This document shows, piece by piece, positions 17,084-29,526 of a DNA stretch of 64,000 nucleotides. The stretch spans positions 52-64,051 of the forward strand of contig JAFGKY010000004.1 of assembly GCA_016928305.1 (NCBI GenBank), given 5' to 3'. A program made the position numbers and the translations under genes. This DNA comes from Bacteroidales bacterium (GTDB lineage: Bacteria > Bacteroidota > Bacteroidia > Bacteroidales > UBA10428). How positions within the stretch are numbered: the first letter of the stretch is position 1; each line of letters opens with the position of its first letter. Below the pieces are notes generated by a model. That model had not been told where the DNA came from. It saw only the letters and a program-made list of their open reading frames with translations, and did no database searches.

Positions 17084-18958
17084 TTACCTTTTCTTAGGAG
17101 GTTTGTATCCCTTTTGTTTAGCCATTTCTTCAAGCCGCTGCTGAAACTTCGATTTTTTTATCGGTTTGACTTTTCGGGCTTCCATTTTCTTCAGCAGCTC
17201 TTTTTCATCAATAAACTGTTTAAACAGAAAATTCTGCCCTATGGTAATGATATTAGCCAGGAAATAATAATAGGTGAGCCCTGCCGAGAAATTATTCAGA
17301 ATAAACATAAACATTACCGGCATAATGTACATCATGGTTTTCATTCCCGGCATCTGTTGTGTTTGTGCTGAAGAACCTTCACCCATCTTCATGCTCACGA
17401 TGGTTGATATAGTCATCAGCAAGGTAAACAAACTTATATGATTACCATAGATACTGCTCAAGATTGGAATGTGAGCTTTCCAGGAAATAATGGCATCGTA
17501 TGTTGACAAATCGGTTGCCCATAAGAAACTTTCCTGTCTCAGTTCAATAGAAGTAGGAAAGAACCTGAACATGGCATATAATATAGGAAATTGTAACAGC
17601 ATGGGCAAACAGCCACCCAGCGGACTTACTCCGGCCTTTTTATACAGCGCCATGGTAGCCTGCTGCTTTTCCATCTCCTTGCCTTTGGGATATTTCTTGG
17701 TCAGTTCATCGATTTGTGGTTTCAAAACCCGCATTTTGGCCTGGGACAGGTATGACCTGTAGGTTAACGGTAGCAGGCCGATTTTAATGATGATGGTCAG
17801 CAATAGAATGATGAGTCCGTAGTTATCAATGAACCTGCTTAACCAGTCGAACATGGGAATAATGACAAACCGGTTGATCCATCGGATAATATTACTGCCC
17901 AGTGTCACCAGGTTCTGAAGATCCAGGTCTTTATATTCATTTAACAGCTTAAATTTATTGGGTCCATAATACATCCTCATAGTAATGGATTCCGATTCTT
18001 TCCTTTTAAAGGGTATCCCAATTTCAGCACTGAAATGTTTCAGAAATTTATCTTCCTCAGGTAAATTGACCATTTTTATAAAAGCGTTCTCGAAACATTC
18101 GTCAGGAATAAGAACCGATGAGAAAAACTGATCTTTGAAGGCAATCCATTCCAACTTGGTAGGGAAGTCGACTTGCTGTTCATCTTTATTACTTCTTGCT
18201 TTGAAATTCTCAACTTTTTCCTGCATCGGTTTGTAATAAGCGGAGACATACTGATTCTCATTCTTTTTCAGTTGTTCCTGCTGAGGAGCGTACATAGACC
18301 ATTGCATATCAAGGACATCGGGAGAACGTGTACCAATGGTATTCATCCCTGAAAGGTTTATGCTGAAATCCACCATGTAGCTCTCAGGACTAAGCGTATA
18401 AACAAACTCTATGTACTTGGTTTCACTAATATTAAGTTTCATGTTGACGCTATCCCGATATTTTGAAACCATTTTAGATGATAAGTTGTCACCCGGGATG
18501 AAGTAAAGACTGTTGGTTGAGATGGTGTTGTTCTGGCTGTAAAAATACAAGCCAAATTCAGTTGAATCTCCGGAGAATAAAATGACAGGCGTCCGACTAT
18601 GGGTCTTGTAGTTTTTCAGTTCAACCGAATAAGGCTTTCCTCCAAGTGTGGAAATGGTCAGTTTTATCAGATCATTCTCGATCGTAACATACTTACTTTC
18701 ACCTTTGGCAGCAAAGGAAAATTCTCCCAGTTGTTCAATCCTTTTAATATCTGTTGAGTCAACGGCCTGAATCGTGATGGTATCTGCAGCTGACTGCTTT
18801 ATTTGTTGTTGTTCAGCCTGTTGTTTCAAAACCAGTGCAAGGGAATCCTGTTGTCTTTTTCGTTCCGCCATTTCTTTTTTATCCGGACCAAAGAAAACAC
18901 CCCAGAGAATTAAAATAGCTGCTATTAATATTATTCCTAAAATTGAGTTCCTGTCCAT
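17084..18958 (-). CDS. yidC: Membrane protein insertase YidC
   Basis: GGCLPMLLQFPI, FLWATDLS, periplasmic domain. Confidence 0.96.
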   Translation of the reverse strand: MDRNSILGIILIAAILILWGVFFGPDKKEMAERKRQQDSLALVLKQQAEQQQIKQSAADTITIQAVDSTDIKRIEQLGEFSFAAKGESKYVTIENDLIKLTISTLGGKPYSVELKNYKTHSRTPVILFSGDSTEFGLYFYSQNNTISTNSLYFIPGDNLSSKMVSKYRDSVNMKLNISETKYIEFVYTLSPESYMVDFSINLSGMNTIGTRSPDVLDMQWSMYAPQQEQLKKNENQYVSAYYKPMQEKVENFKARSNKDEQQVDFPTKLEWIAFKDQFFSSVLIPDECFENAFIKMVNLPEEDKFLKHFSAEIGIPFKRKESESITMRMYYGPNKFKLLNEYKDLDLQNLVTLGSNIIRWINRFVIIPMFDWLSRFIDNYGLIILLLTIIIKIGLLPLTYRSYLSQAKMRVLKPQIDELTKKYPKGKEMEKQQATMALYKKAGVSPLGGCLPMLLQFPILYAMFRFFPTSIELRQESFLWATDLSTYDAIISWKAHIPILSSIYGNHISLFTLLMTISTIVSMKMGEGSSAQTQQMPGMKTMMYIMPVMFMFILNNFSAGLTYYYFLANIITIGQNFLFKQFIDEKELLKKMEARKVKPIKKSKFQQRLEEMAKQKGYKPPKKR

Positions 18959-19007
18959 TCTTTTTTTAAGGTGTTAAATCGTTCTACTTATTTCAATATA
19001 TAATGCT

Positions 19008-20627
<1,620 letters not shown>

Positions 20628-20705
20628 TTATAGAGTCCGTATCAATAATAAAAAAGATCATAGAAATCCATTAGGTGATATTCCTCAGCAATGAACGATC
20701 TCTCT

Positions 20706-22742
20706 CTAATCTTCAATTTCATCAATCATGCCGATTTTTTCCTTGAGCAAATCAATTGTTTTCTTGGCATCCTCAATCTTTGATTCAACTTCTTTGATCA
20801 TCGATTCTGCGTTTTTACTTTTTGCGAAGAAACCAATATTGTTTTCCCACAATACGATATCATTTTCCAGCTGCTTAAGCCTGTTTATATATTTTTCCCG
20901 CTCCTGACGAATTCGCTGACCGCTATTCGGTTTGTCCAGCATGTTATCAAGTTTTGATTTGAACTTGAGAATATTTTTCCGTCCTTCATCAATTTGTAAT
21001 TCATCAAATTTTTTATTAATAGCAGCCCGGTATTTTTCCAGGACCTCCTCCTTCATTTTAAGCGGTACAAATCCGATTTCAGCCCAGAGCCGCTGGAATT
21101 CTTTAAGCTTATTCAGGGACTCTTCTGCATTATCTGATAACTGATACTCTTCAATTTCACGAATAAGATCATTTTTCTTCTGCAGGTTATTTTCGAATGA
21201 GTCATCTACTTCGGCATAGTGCTTTGACTTTCGATCAAAAAATGTATCGCAGGCAGTTCGAAATCGTTTCCAGATTTTATCGGAGGCCCTGAAGGGCACG
21301 GGACCTATTTCCTTCCATCGTTGCTGTAAGGCTATCAGTTCTTCAGTTGTTTTCTTCCATTCCGTACTTTCCTGCAAAGCTTCAGCCTGAACACAAAGAT
21401 CGGTCTTCAGTTGAAGATTGTTATCCTGTTCTTCCTTAATGGTTGAATAAAAATCACGTTTCCTGTTAAAAAAAGTATCACAAGCGGTCCTGAACCGAAT
21501 ATAAATCCTGTTATTATCTTTTTTAGGTGCAAAACCAATTGTTTTCCATACTTTCTGCAATTCCATCATCTCACCGGATAATTGGTTCCAATCCCTGTTG
21601 GAAGAGATCTCCATATTACTTATCTCCTCAGCTTTTTCACACAATACGATCTTGGTCTCCAGGTTTTTCTTCTGTTCGTTCTTAAGGTTTACAAAATGAT
21701 CCTGGTGTCTTTTGTTAATTTTTGCAGTAGCTTCCCTAAACCTATCCCATATTTCTGTACGCATATCCGGAGGAACAGGCCCGATTTCCCTCCAGTGATC
21801 GTGCAATTCCTGAAGAACCTTAAAGGCATTCATAATATTTGATTCAAGCAACAATTCTTCTGCTTTTTCACACAGAATGAGTTTGGCCTCAAGGTTTTTC
21901 TTCAGATCAAGATCACGTAACTCCTGATTGATCTTAATATAATCATAGAATGCTTCAACATGATGATGGTAATTATCCCACAGGTTTTTAACATTTGCCT
22001 GGGGTACAGGTCCGATGGTTCTCCATTTACGTTGTAAATCCCGGAATTCCTGAAAAGTTTTGTTGATGGATTCCTGTTTGTTTGACAGTTCCTTGATTTC
22101 TTCAATAATCTTGTATTTCTCCTCCAGGTTTTTTTGCTTCTGCTCTTCCAGAAGTTTGGTATATTCGGCTTTCTGGTCTTTAAATATTTTCAGCAGTTCC
22201 TTCAGCTCTTTTTCCAACGGATCTTCCTCGGGCATGAAATCTTCAAGCGAACCTCCTGATTCAATAAAGTTCTTGCGTTTTCTTTCAATATCAGCTTTAT
22301 GCTTTTTATAAAAATTGATCTTGATGTTCTCTACATCATTGATTATTTCGTGAATTGCCTTTTTGTGGATCAGGTCTTTGAGCATAGCAACCAGGTCCTC
22401 CATTGACAAAGCAGCGTATTGGATCTTTTCCGGACCATCAGGAATAGGTTCTGCAGGTTTTTCAGAGGCAGGGATTTCAACTTTCACAAAAACCGGTTCC
22501 GCAGGCTTGGTATCGGGTTCATTTTTGGGAGGAATAACAGTCTCGGATGTAACAACAGAAGCGTCAGGTTCCTTGTTGGATTCAACGTCCTTTTTAGCAG
22601 ATGAATCAGCCTTTGACTCTTTCTTGGGTTTTCTTCTTCCTGTAGATGCTTTTGTAGTGTTTTTTGAATCTTCAGGGATCTCAGTCGGCTGTAATGCTTC
22701 ACTTTTTATATCTTCAGATGCCTGCTTCTTTGTACTTTTCAT
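20706..22742 (-). CDS. DUF349 repeat protein
   Basis: Repeated LQ..WK.IGPVP...W.RFR.AC units; low-complexity N-terminus. Confidence 0.88.
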   Translation of the reverse strand: MKSTKKQASEDIKSEALQPTEIPEDSKNTTKASTGRRKPKKESKADSSAKKDVESNKEPDASVVTSETVIPPKNEPDTKPAEPVFVKVEIPASEKPAEPIPDGPEKIQYAALSMEDLVAMLKDLIHKKAIHEIINDVENIKINFYKKHKADIERKRKNFIESGGSLEDFMPEEDPLEKELKELLKIFKDQKAEYTKLLEEQKQKNLEEKYKIIEEIKELSNKQESINKTFQEFRDLQRKWRTIGPVPQANVKNLWDNYHHHVEAFYDYIKINQELRDLDLKKNLEAKLILCEKAEELLLESNIMNAFKVLQELHDHWREIGPVPPDMRTEIWDRFREATAKINKRHQDHFVNLKNEQKKNLETKIVLCEKAEEISNMEISSNRDWNQLSGEMMELQKVWKTIGFAPKKDNNRIYIRFRTACDTFFNRKRDFYSTIKEEQDNNLQLKTDLCVQAEALQESTEWKKTTEELIALQQRWKEIGPVPFRASDKIWKRFRTACDTFFDRKSKHYAEVDDSFENNLQKKNDLIREIEEYQLSDNAEESLNKLKEFQRLWAEIGFVPLKMKEEVLEKYRAAINKKFDELQIDEGRKNILKFKSKLDNMLDKPNSGQRIRQEREKYINRLKQLENDIVLWENNIGFFAKSKNAESMIKEVESKIEDAKKTIDLLKEKIGMIDEIED

Positions 22743-23064
22743 ACCATGAATCTCATATCTGCTGCTTTTTCATCCGTATTTTGCAACGGCAGAAATGCAG
22801 TCATTTAGTTAGTAAACCGGATAATCCCCATAAAACATCACGATGTTCGGGGTGTTCAATTTGAACAGATCAATATAAATAATTGCTAATCAATACGATT
22901 AGCAAAGATGATTGCATTTACGAACTACGAAATTATATATTAATGACTAATAGTCAAAGTTTTTTTGTGAATTTAAGGATCGATATCAATATAAACCAGC
23001 TAATGACCTGCAGGTACAAATATCCGACCTTTATTGAGGTTCAGTTTTCAAGAGCGTACCCGCG

Positions 23065-23186
23065 AACCTGCCTGCTGCAGTCAGGTTGAAAACTGAAAGC
23101 CGAACTTTCTCAAGAACGTAGTGAGTACTTATCCCGATAGCGGAGCGTATCGGTATCGGGTTAATTCCCCGCTGCTTGCGGCGGAT
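23065..23186. repeat. Cluster of REP-like palindromes
   Basis: AACCTGCCTGCTGCAGTCAGGTT; CCCGATAGCGGAGCGTATCGG(TATCGGG); CCGCTGCTTGCGGCGG. Confidence 0.6.
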
Positions 23187-23207
23187 ATAATAAGGAATTA
23201 TCCATTG

Positions 23208-24842
23208 TTATTGTAATCCAAGTACTTCTATTCCCTGTTCAAAAATTATATCAACAGGAATATCTTTTTCTTCCACCTCTTTTAATGCGGTTTTCAGTGT
23301 TTCATCCGTTACACAGTACTGACGAATCAATTCATCGGCTTTTTCATAATTGCCATCACCTTGTATTGTTATAATCAGGTTTGATAACGACTTAATTGCC
23401 TTTTGCATCGCATCAAAATTTACTGAGAACCTGCCGCTTTCTGATACGGTGAAAGCCATATTCTCTTTAAAATAGTTGAAGATCATCAGGTTTGCCTTAC
23501 CGTGTGCACTTGAGGCTCCAAAACGTATGGAACGGAATATACTGGATAGAAAAGTCGTATACTCACTCATCAGGTCAGCATCGGTTTCTCCCATTTCCTT
23601 TAACTGTCCCACGAGGTAAAGTCCCAGTATATCAGCTTTCCCTTCTTCAAGGGTGGTATATTTCTCTTTCAGGGCTTCCCGGACCGTCCCCTTACCATCG
23701 ATTGTATTGTTGATCGTTCCCAGGCCATGCCCTGTTTCATGAAACATGGTGTGGGAAAAAAAAGCATCAAAGGTGATATACTGCAATTGATCATCGGCAA
23801 TAAGCTGCTGTGCAATAGGTATAAGAATTTTATCAAATTTAGCCTGCATGGAATTCTTTAACTGCAGCTTGCGGCTGCCTTTTGCCAGCTGTACCTTTTC
23901 ATCATTCGGAAGGTTAATGGCAATAGTTTTACTGCCTGCATTACAGTCTCCGGCATAATAGATAGCATCATAGACTCCCAGGTCGGATCCGATTCCGGGC
24001 ATATCCTTTTTATATTTTGCATCCACCGGCAGGCTTTGCTGTAAAGCCGGTAACAGTGTTGCATAATGTGCAAGTCTGCCTGTCCATTCCTTGTCTTTCA
24101 CCAGAATAAATGCTTCATGAGCCGCTTTATACCCAAACAATTGATCTTCGTATGTTTCAATGGGTCCCACAACAAAATCAATGGTATTCGTTTTCATATC
24201 CATCCATGCCAAATCACTTTCGTAATAATCATCCGACAATAAAGCTTTTGCTCGCAGTTCAAGATATTTCTTCAAACCTGGATTCTCAGCAAGTTCAGAT
24301 GCCCGGGCAATCAGCGATGAAGCTTTTGTCACTTTTTCCCTGAAAGCTTCGTGATAAGGGATCACAGTCAGATTTCCTGCACCATCCCTTTCAATAAGAG
24401 TATACAAACTATTTTTACCGGGATTGGCAAGCTGTTCGAATTCATCTTTGGTCATGTTGTCCGGATAAAAACAGGCTCCCGGAGGTTTTGTCCCATATCC
24501 CGGTAAAAATGGCTGGTTATTGTTAAGACGTTCCCACGGGCCATAATTGATCAGGGCAAGCTTTTTTTCTGCATCAGTATCCAGGCCATCCAGAAAGGTA
24601 TTCTTATCGCCACAGGCTTCCATCCAGAAAATATCATCCATCAGTTTTGCCACTTCTATCAGTATGGGAATCATTTGTTTTTCTTTTTCCGTCAACACAC
24701 TGAGGTCTGTCGTAAGGCGGAATACGCTGAAATCATTTAGTTTTACCATAAGTGAATCGGTTGTTACGTTATTGGCCTGCGGGATGGCGGTACCCGTCAT
24801 CAATAATCCCGTTAAAATAAATACAGCAGTTATTCGGTTCAT
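23208..24842 (-). CDS. Secreted dipeptidyl-peptidase III-like zinc hydrolase (M49)
   Basis: Signal peptide; GPIETYED, AINLPND, HETGH, EEGKAD. Confidence 0.85.
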   Translation of the reverse strand: MNRITAVFILTGLLMTGTAIPQANNVTTDSLMVKLNDFSVFRLTTDLSVLTEKEKQMIPILIEVAKLMDDIFWMEACGDKNTFLDGLDTDAEKKLALINYGPWERLNNNQPFLPGYGTKPPGACFYPDNMTKDEFEQLANPGKNSLYTLIERDGAGNLTVIPYHEAFREKVTKASSLIARASELAENPGLKKYLELRAKALLSDDYYESDLAWMDMKTNTIDFVVGPIETYEDQLFGYKAAHEAFILVKDKEWTGRLAHYATLLPALQQSLPVDAKYKKDMPGIGSDLGVYDAIYYAGDCNAGSKTIAINLPNDEKVQLAKGSRKLQLKNSMQAKFDKILIPIAQQLIADDQLQYITFDAFFSHTMFHETGHGLGTINNTIDGKGTVREALKEKYTTLEEGKADILGLYLVGQLKEMGETDADLMSEYTTFLSSIFRSIRFGASSAHGKANLMIFNYFKENMAFTVSESGRFSVNFDAMQKAIKSLSNLIITIQGDGNYEKADELIRQYCVTDETLKTALKEVEEKDIPVDIIFEQGIEVLGLQ

Positions 24843-24987
24843 TTCAGAAGTATTTTGAGTTGGATCAAAAATAGTATTTTACAGCCAAGAAAACCAGTCT
24901 CTTCATCAAGGAATTCATGGAATAAATATGCACTCATCAGTGATGGTATATTTTTGTAATTTTCACTTAATGAACGCTTATTGCATA

Positions 24988-25935
24988 TTACTCGAATGCT
25001 CCGATTTTCTTTCCCTGCCACAGATCCTTTTCCTCCAATATTTTCTTAAACTGTACCAGTATCTCATCATACCTTGGACCCCATCGATTCACGGCCGAAA
25101 AGCGGGGAGGTGTTTCCCCTGCAATTCGTTCAATGACAAAGGCGGGATTCAGGCGCGCTATATACTCAGCCATGAACGATAGGTATTGATCAATGGAAAA
25201 CAATGTGAATTCCCCCGGATCATTCCTATACTCTTTCTCCATTGGCGTTCCCCTGAAGATCTGCAGCTGATGGAATTTAACCGTGGTCAGCGGGAGTGAC
25301 GATATGACGGATGCACTGTTAAGAATTGCCTCAGGAGTCTCTCCCGGCAGTCCGATGATCATATGGCATCCTGCTCTTATCCCCCGCATAGCTGTATTTT
25401 TAATTGCCTTGACAGAATCGGCGAATGTGTGCCCCCTGTTTATCCGTTGAAGGGTATTTTCATATACCGATTCAACACCGTATTCAAGGATCAGATAGGT
25501 TTTATCGGATAACGAAGCGAAATAATCAAGTTTGTTATCGTCAACGCAATCAGGTCTTGTCCCTATTACCAGTCCAACAATGGATTCAACAGCCAGCGCT
25601 TCTTCGTAAAGTTGCTTCAGACGGTCAAGTGACTGATAGGTGTTGGAATATGCCTGAAAATATGCCAGGTATCCGGTTGCCCTCCTGTAACGTCTCTCAT
25701 GAAATTTGATTCCTTCAAGTATCTGTTGCCGTATGGACTTTTCCGGATTGCAATACGACGGATTGAAAGCTTCATTCAGGCAATAGGTACAACCTCCAAG
25801 ACCTGCACTTCCATCCCTGTTTGGGCAGGTGAATCCAGCATCAATGGTAACTTTCTGAACCCTGCTGCCGAAGACCTTCTTCAGGTATTCAGTGTACGAG
25901 TTGAATCTTCGGTTATTTCCCCAGGGGTAAGACAT
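24988..25935 (-). CDS. TIGR01212/YhcC-family radical SAM protein
   Basis: GFTCPNRDG..G..GCTYC, YFQAYSNTY, GTRPDC. Confidence 0.92.
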   Translation of the reverse strand: MSYPWGNNRRFNSYTEYLKKVFGSRVQKVTIDAGFTCPNRDGSAGLGGCTYCLNEAFNPSYCNPEKSIRQQILEGIKFHERRYRRATGYLAYFQAYSNTYQSLDRLKQLYEEALAVESIVGLVIGTRPDCVDDNKLDYFASLSDKTYLILEYGVESVYENTLQRINRGHTFADSVKAIKNTAMRGIRAGCHMIIGLPGETPEAILNSASVISSLPLTTVKFHQLQIFRGTPMEKEYRNDPGEFTLFSIDQYLSFMAEYIARLNPAFVIERIAGETPPRFSAVNRWGPRYDEILVQFKKILEEKDLWQGKKIGAFE

Positions 25936-25984
25936 TTGAGGTTTGTGTTTGGTATGTTTTATCGTATCTTTCCATCATACATAC

Positions 25985-26012
25985 GGAGAGACGTAATATA
26001 TTACGTCTCTAC
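25985..26012. repeat. GTAG-type REP-like palindrome
   Basis: Perfect 24-bp core AGAGACGTAATATATTACGTCTCT (25987-26010). Confidence 0.78.
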
Positions 26013-26049
26013 CAATAATATATTAACAACAACCATCACAACATAATCT

Positions 26050-29000
26050 TTAACCCACCTGAACCACCTCATTAAGGATTACATACCAAAGCCATGCTTC
26101 GGAGTTTCTGTATCCCATATCGATCAACAGCTGACGGTATTCCAGGATCTGTTTTTTATGATTTTCTTCAATGTTCTTACCGAATTTGTAATCGATGACG
26201 ATGGCTTTGTCATCTTTTATTAATACGCGGTCGGGGCGTCTTATAATGCCTCCGGGAAGAATAAACTCTGTTTCGGTCATGATCTTCCAGTCACCCGAAA
26301 ACCAGCTGGCCACCTGAACATCGGCAAATAAGCCCTGAAGGTTGGTGATCATATCGGCTGATTCAGCTGTGGCAATCTTCCCTTCCATGGCCATGCTGGA
26401 CACTACAACCGGGATATCAGTCGTAAGATATATACGGGAAAAGACCTCATGCATTAAGCGGCCATCGGAAACAGAACGTTTTATCTGACCTGTACCTGTT
26501 TCCAGAAATATTTTTCCCTGATATGCGACCTTCAGCTTGTCACGGGCATCAGAGGCTGGATAATGATTCGGTATTGTTGTTGTGGAATCGGATTGATCTT
26601 CGATTTTTTTGTTCATGAGCAGCTGGCCATATTCAAAAACCTGGTCTGATGAGCGATAAAAGTCTGCAAGGTGAATCATAGAATTGGTTTCATCGGTCAC
26701 CGTCTCTTGTTGAAACAGCTGTTTAAACAGATCCGACAGAGTGATGAGCCGATCGGAGTCCGGCTTCGGAGAAAAACAAAATAATGCCTTTGAAGCCCGG
26801 GTGAAGGCGACGTATAATAAATTAATCGTATCGATGTATTGTTTCACAAGTTCTTCGAAATATACATCGGCAAAATACGTTTGAACCAGCCTGGAAGTGA
26901 ACTCAACAGGGACAATATTCAGCTTGTTGAATGGAGATTGCCCGGGTTTGCACCATATAATAGGACGGTTCACCTGATCAACCAATTCCCATTTGCAATA
27001 TGGGAGAATTACAACCGGGAATTCTAGTCCTTTTGCCTTATGTATGGTAAGCACCCGGATGGCATCATGGCTGCCGGTCAGGGCAACGGGTTTTGTTTGC
27101 CCCCTTTCTTCCCAGAAGTCAATAAAATCAGCCACAGAAGGAGATTCCCGGTTTGAAAAGTCCAGTATCTGATCCTGAAAGGCTTGCAGATATATTGATT
27201 CTCCTATAATGCTGTTCAGCCTGAAAAGAGAAATTAAATTTTCTACCAGTTCAAACAAGGAAAAATTACCGGCATTTTCAATCAGTTGCTGAACGGATTC
27301 AGGAAATACCGATGTCAGCGGAACATTCGTAAAATCAACAGGTTCAATGAATTCATGAGGTGGGTTGTTATCCATACAGGGTCGCAGGTAGGACAGGTAT
27401 TCATTGATAATATAGTATTTGTTTATACTGTCTTCCGGAGAATGAAGGTAACGGATTATCCCCATCAGAAAACACACGACAGATGAATTGGAGAGGTACA
27501 GGGTTTCATCGGATATAACATCAACCGGATGGAGCAGGGAACCGGCTGTATTTTTTTGTCGGAGAATGAAATCGGTTATGCTGGTTGCCTCTTCATTTTT
27601 CCTTGTCAATATGGCGATATCACCTGCTGCATATCCTTTTTCGAGCAATTCATTGATCAAACGTATTAATTTTCCTTCCATAGCCGACTTGAATTCGTTC
27701 TTGTCAAGAAAGGAAATGCGAACTTGACCTCCTGCTTTTTCCGTTTGTCCGGGTACCTGAATGGCATCATCAAAATTGCGGACAATAGCCTGACGAAGGT
27801 TATCCGGCAGGGTCAAAGGCTTTCCTTCGGTTTGATGATCAAAATGATCCTGCAGCATTCGGGATGCTCTTTGAAAAAAAGTATTGTTAAAATGGATCAT
27901 TTCGATGCAACTTCGGTGGTTGTGTCTGAGGGTATTAAACGACAAGCTTTGCTCATAAAACTCATCGTCGACAGCATGGGCCAAAATTTCCCAGCTGCTG
28001 TTACGCCAACGGTAAATTGACTGCTTGACGTCTCCAACGATCAGGCTATCGTAGTCCTGTGACAAGCTGTTGCTGATCAACGGTTTAAAGTTATTCCACT
28101 GCAATCGTGACGTATCCTGGAATTCATCGATCATAAAATGATGAAAATGATTTCCGGTTTTTTCATAAACGAACGGTGTATCGTTATTGTCAATGATGGC
28201 GTTCAGAAACGATGATGCTTCTGATAAAAGGAAAACGTTATTCTCCTGGCAATAGTTTCTCAGATGGATTGACAGATCAGTCAGAATACCGAGGGCATAT
28301 AAGTTCTTCATAATCTGTCCGGCTGTATGATAGCTTCGGCTTTCCCGGTCATAATAGTTCACAATTTCCTGCAACAGCTCAAATAAACCGGCATGACAGA
28401 TTTCCTTTATGTCGTCTATACGGATTGAATTTTTTGCATGCCATCCCGTTATGTCTATGGTTGCCTGTCGGACATAGGAATTAGGCTCTGGTATATTTCC
28501 CGCAGAAGCTTTATACAGAAAACCGGCAGGGCCATTTCTTGTCTGGTAAAAGTCTCCCGCATCCAGGCCGGCAGCGCGGATTTTGTCAATGCCCTTTGAG
28601 GCCAGTTCGCGAATGGTCGATTCAAACTTTTTTCTGATCCCGAAAAGCTCTTGCTGGTATCCGTTCATGAATTTCTTATCAGAGATTTTATCAGACAGGT
28701 TAAGGCTGAATGTTTTAAATTGTTCGTTGAAAAGTTGCTGTCCCAGTTTTGCAATGTCTTTCCGGAAGTTCCAGGTATTCCCTTTTTCAATCTTTTCCAT
28801 CGCAAATTCAGTGAGCCAGTATAATAACGTTTTGTTTGTTGTTGTTTCGGTTTGTAACCTGTCGATCGCTTCATCGAGTATGGATTCAGCATCCAATTCA
28901 ATGGTATAACCACTCTGAATTCCGATCTCACGGGTGAAGGAACGGATGATCCGTTGAAAAAAACTGTCGATCGTCCCGACAAAAAAATGTGAATAATCAT

Positions 29001-29289
29001 GGAGAATTTTTTGCAGGATCAATGTTGCCTTGTTACGTACAACATCCTCTGAAAGATTAAGTGATATCTTAAGTTTTTCCAGATGCCTTGAATCCTTGCC
29101 GGCAGAAAGCTTGTGCAATTCATCAATCAGTCTGTTTTTCATCTCGGCTGTTGCCTTGTTTGTAAAAGTAACCGCCAGAATATGCCGGAAGGATTCCGCA
29201 TTAATGAAAGCAAGTTTAAGGTACTCTTCCGTTAATGTATAAGTTTTGCCTGATCCGGCTGATGCCCGTATAATGTTTAATTTGGCCAA
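26050..29289 (-). CDS. UvrD/AddA-like helicase with C-terminal PD-(D/E)XK nuclease
   Basis: ASAGSGKT, DEFQDTS, VGDVKQSIYRWR, TIHKAKGLEF, YVAFTRA, RPDR...IDYKFG. Confidence 0.92.
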   Translation of the reverse strand: MAKLNIIRASAGSGKTYTLTEEYLKLAFINAESFRHILAVTFTNKATAEMKNRLIDELHKLSAGKDSRHLEKLKISLNLSEDVVRNKATLILQKILHDYSHFFVGTIDSFFQRIIRSFTREIGIQSGYTIELDAESILDEAIDRLQTETTTNKTLLYWLTEFAMEKIEKGNTWNFRKDIAKLGQQLFNEQFKTFSLNLSDKISDKKFMNGYQQELFGIRKKFESTIRELASKGIDKIRAAGLDAGDFYQTRNGPAGFLYKASAGNIPEPNSYVRQATIDITGWHAKNSIRIDDIKEICHAGLFELLQEIVNYYDRESRSYHTAGQIMKNLYALGILTDLSIHLRNYCQENNVFLLSEASSFLNAIIDNNDTPFVYEKTGNHFHHFMIDEFQDTSRLQWNNFKPLISNSLSQDYDSLIVGDVKQSIYRWRNSSWEILAHAVDDEFYEQSLSFNTLRHNHRSCIEMIHFNNTFFQRASRMLQDHFDHQTEGKPLTLPDNLRQAIVRNFDDAIQVPGQTEKAGGQVRISFLDKNEFKSAMEGKLIRLINELLEKGYAAGDIAILTRKNEEATSITDFILRQKNTAGSLLHPVDVISDETLYLSNSSVVCFLMGIIRYLHSPEDSINKYYIINEYLSYLRPCMDNNPPHEFIEPVDFTNVPLTSVFPESVQQLIENAGNFSLFELVENLISLFRLNSIIGESIYLQAFQDQILDFSNRESPSVADFIDFWEERGQTKPVALTGSHDAIRVLTIHKAKGLEFPVVILPYCKWELVDQVNRPIIWCKPGQSPFNKLNIVPVEFTSRLVQTYFADVYFEELVKQYIDTINLLYVAFTRASKALFCFSPKPDSDRLITLSDLFKQLFQQETVTDETNSMIHLADFYRSSDQVFEYGQLLMNKKIEDQSDSTTTIPNHYPASDARDKLKVAYQGKIFLETGTGQIKRSVSDGRLMHEVFSRIYLTTDIPVVVSSMAMEGKIATAESADMITNLQGLFADVQVASWFSGDWKIMTETEFILPGGIIRRPDRVLIKDDKAIVIDYKFGKNIEENHKKQILEYRQLLIDMGYRNSEAWLWYVILNEVVQVG

Positions 29290-29473
29290 TATGGTTAATT
29301 ATTGCATGAAAATTATTACAATTTCAGCAATAATTCCATACAGGGAACGGAGTATTTATTCAGCAGTATGATGAGAAATTAGGTTATTTCGGTTACAGTG
29401 TTTGAAAGAATTGTTCTGAAGGCTCTGTTGTCAGGCAGGCTTTCGTCTGCTGACCTTCAATCATCCAATCAAC

Positions 29474-29504
29474 AAAAAAAAACCTCCCGGTAGAACCGGG
29501 AGGT
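29474..29504 (-). terminator. Intrinsic terminator after rplI
   Basis: Stem ACCTCCCGGT/ACCGGGAGGT followed by a T run on the minus strand. Confidence 0.85.
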
Positions 29505-29526
29505 GAAAAAACTTATACAATTCATT

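Noticed and set aside
22739-22804. 21-aa uORF (MTAFLPLQNTDEKAADMRFMV) overlapping the DUF349 start via ATGA
   Set aside because: No compositional or motif support; easily arises by chance.
26050-29289. AddA-like gene without an adjacent AddB as an anomaly
   Set aside because: The partner may be encoded elsewhere; this cannot be judged from one window.
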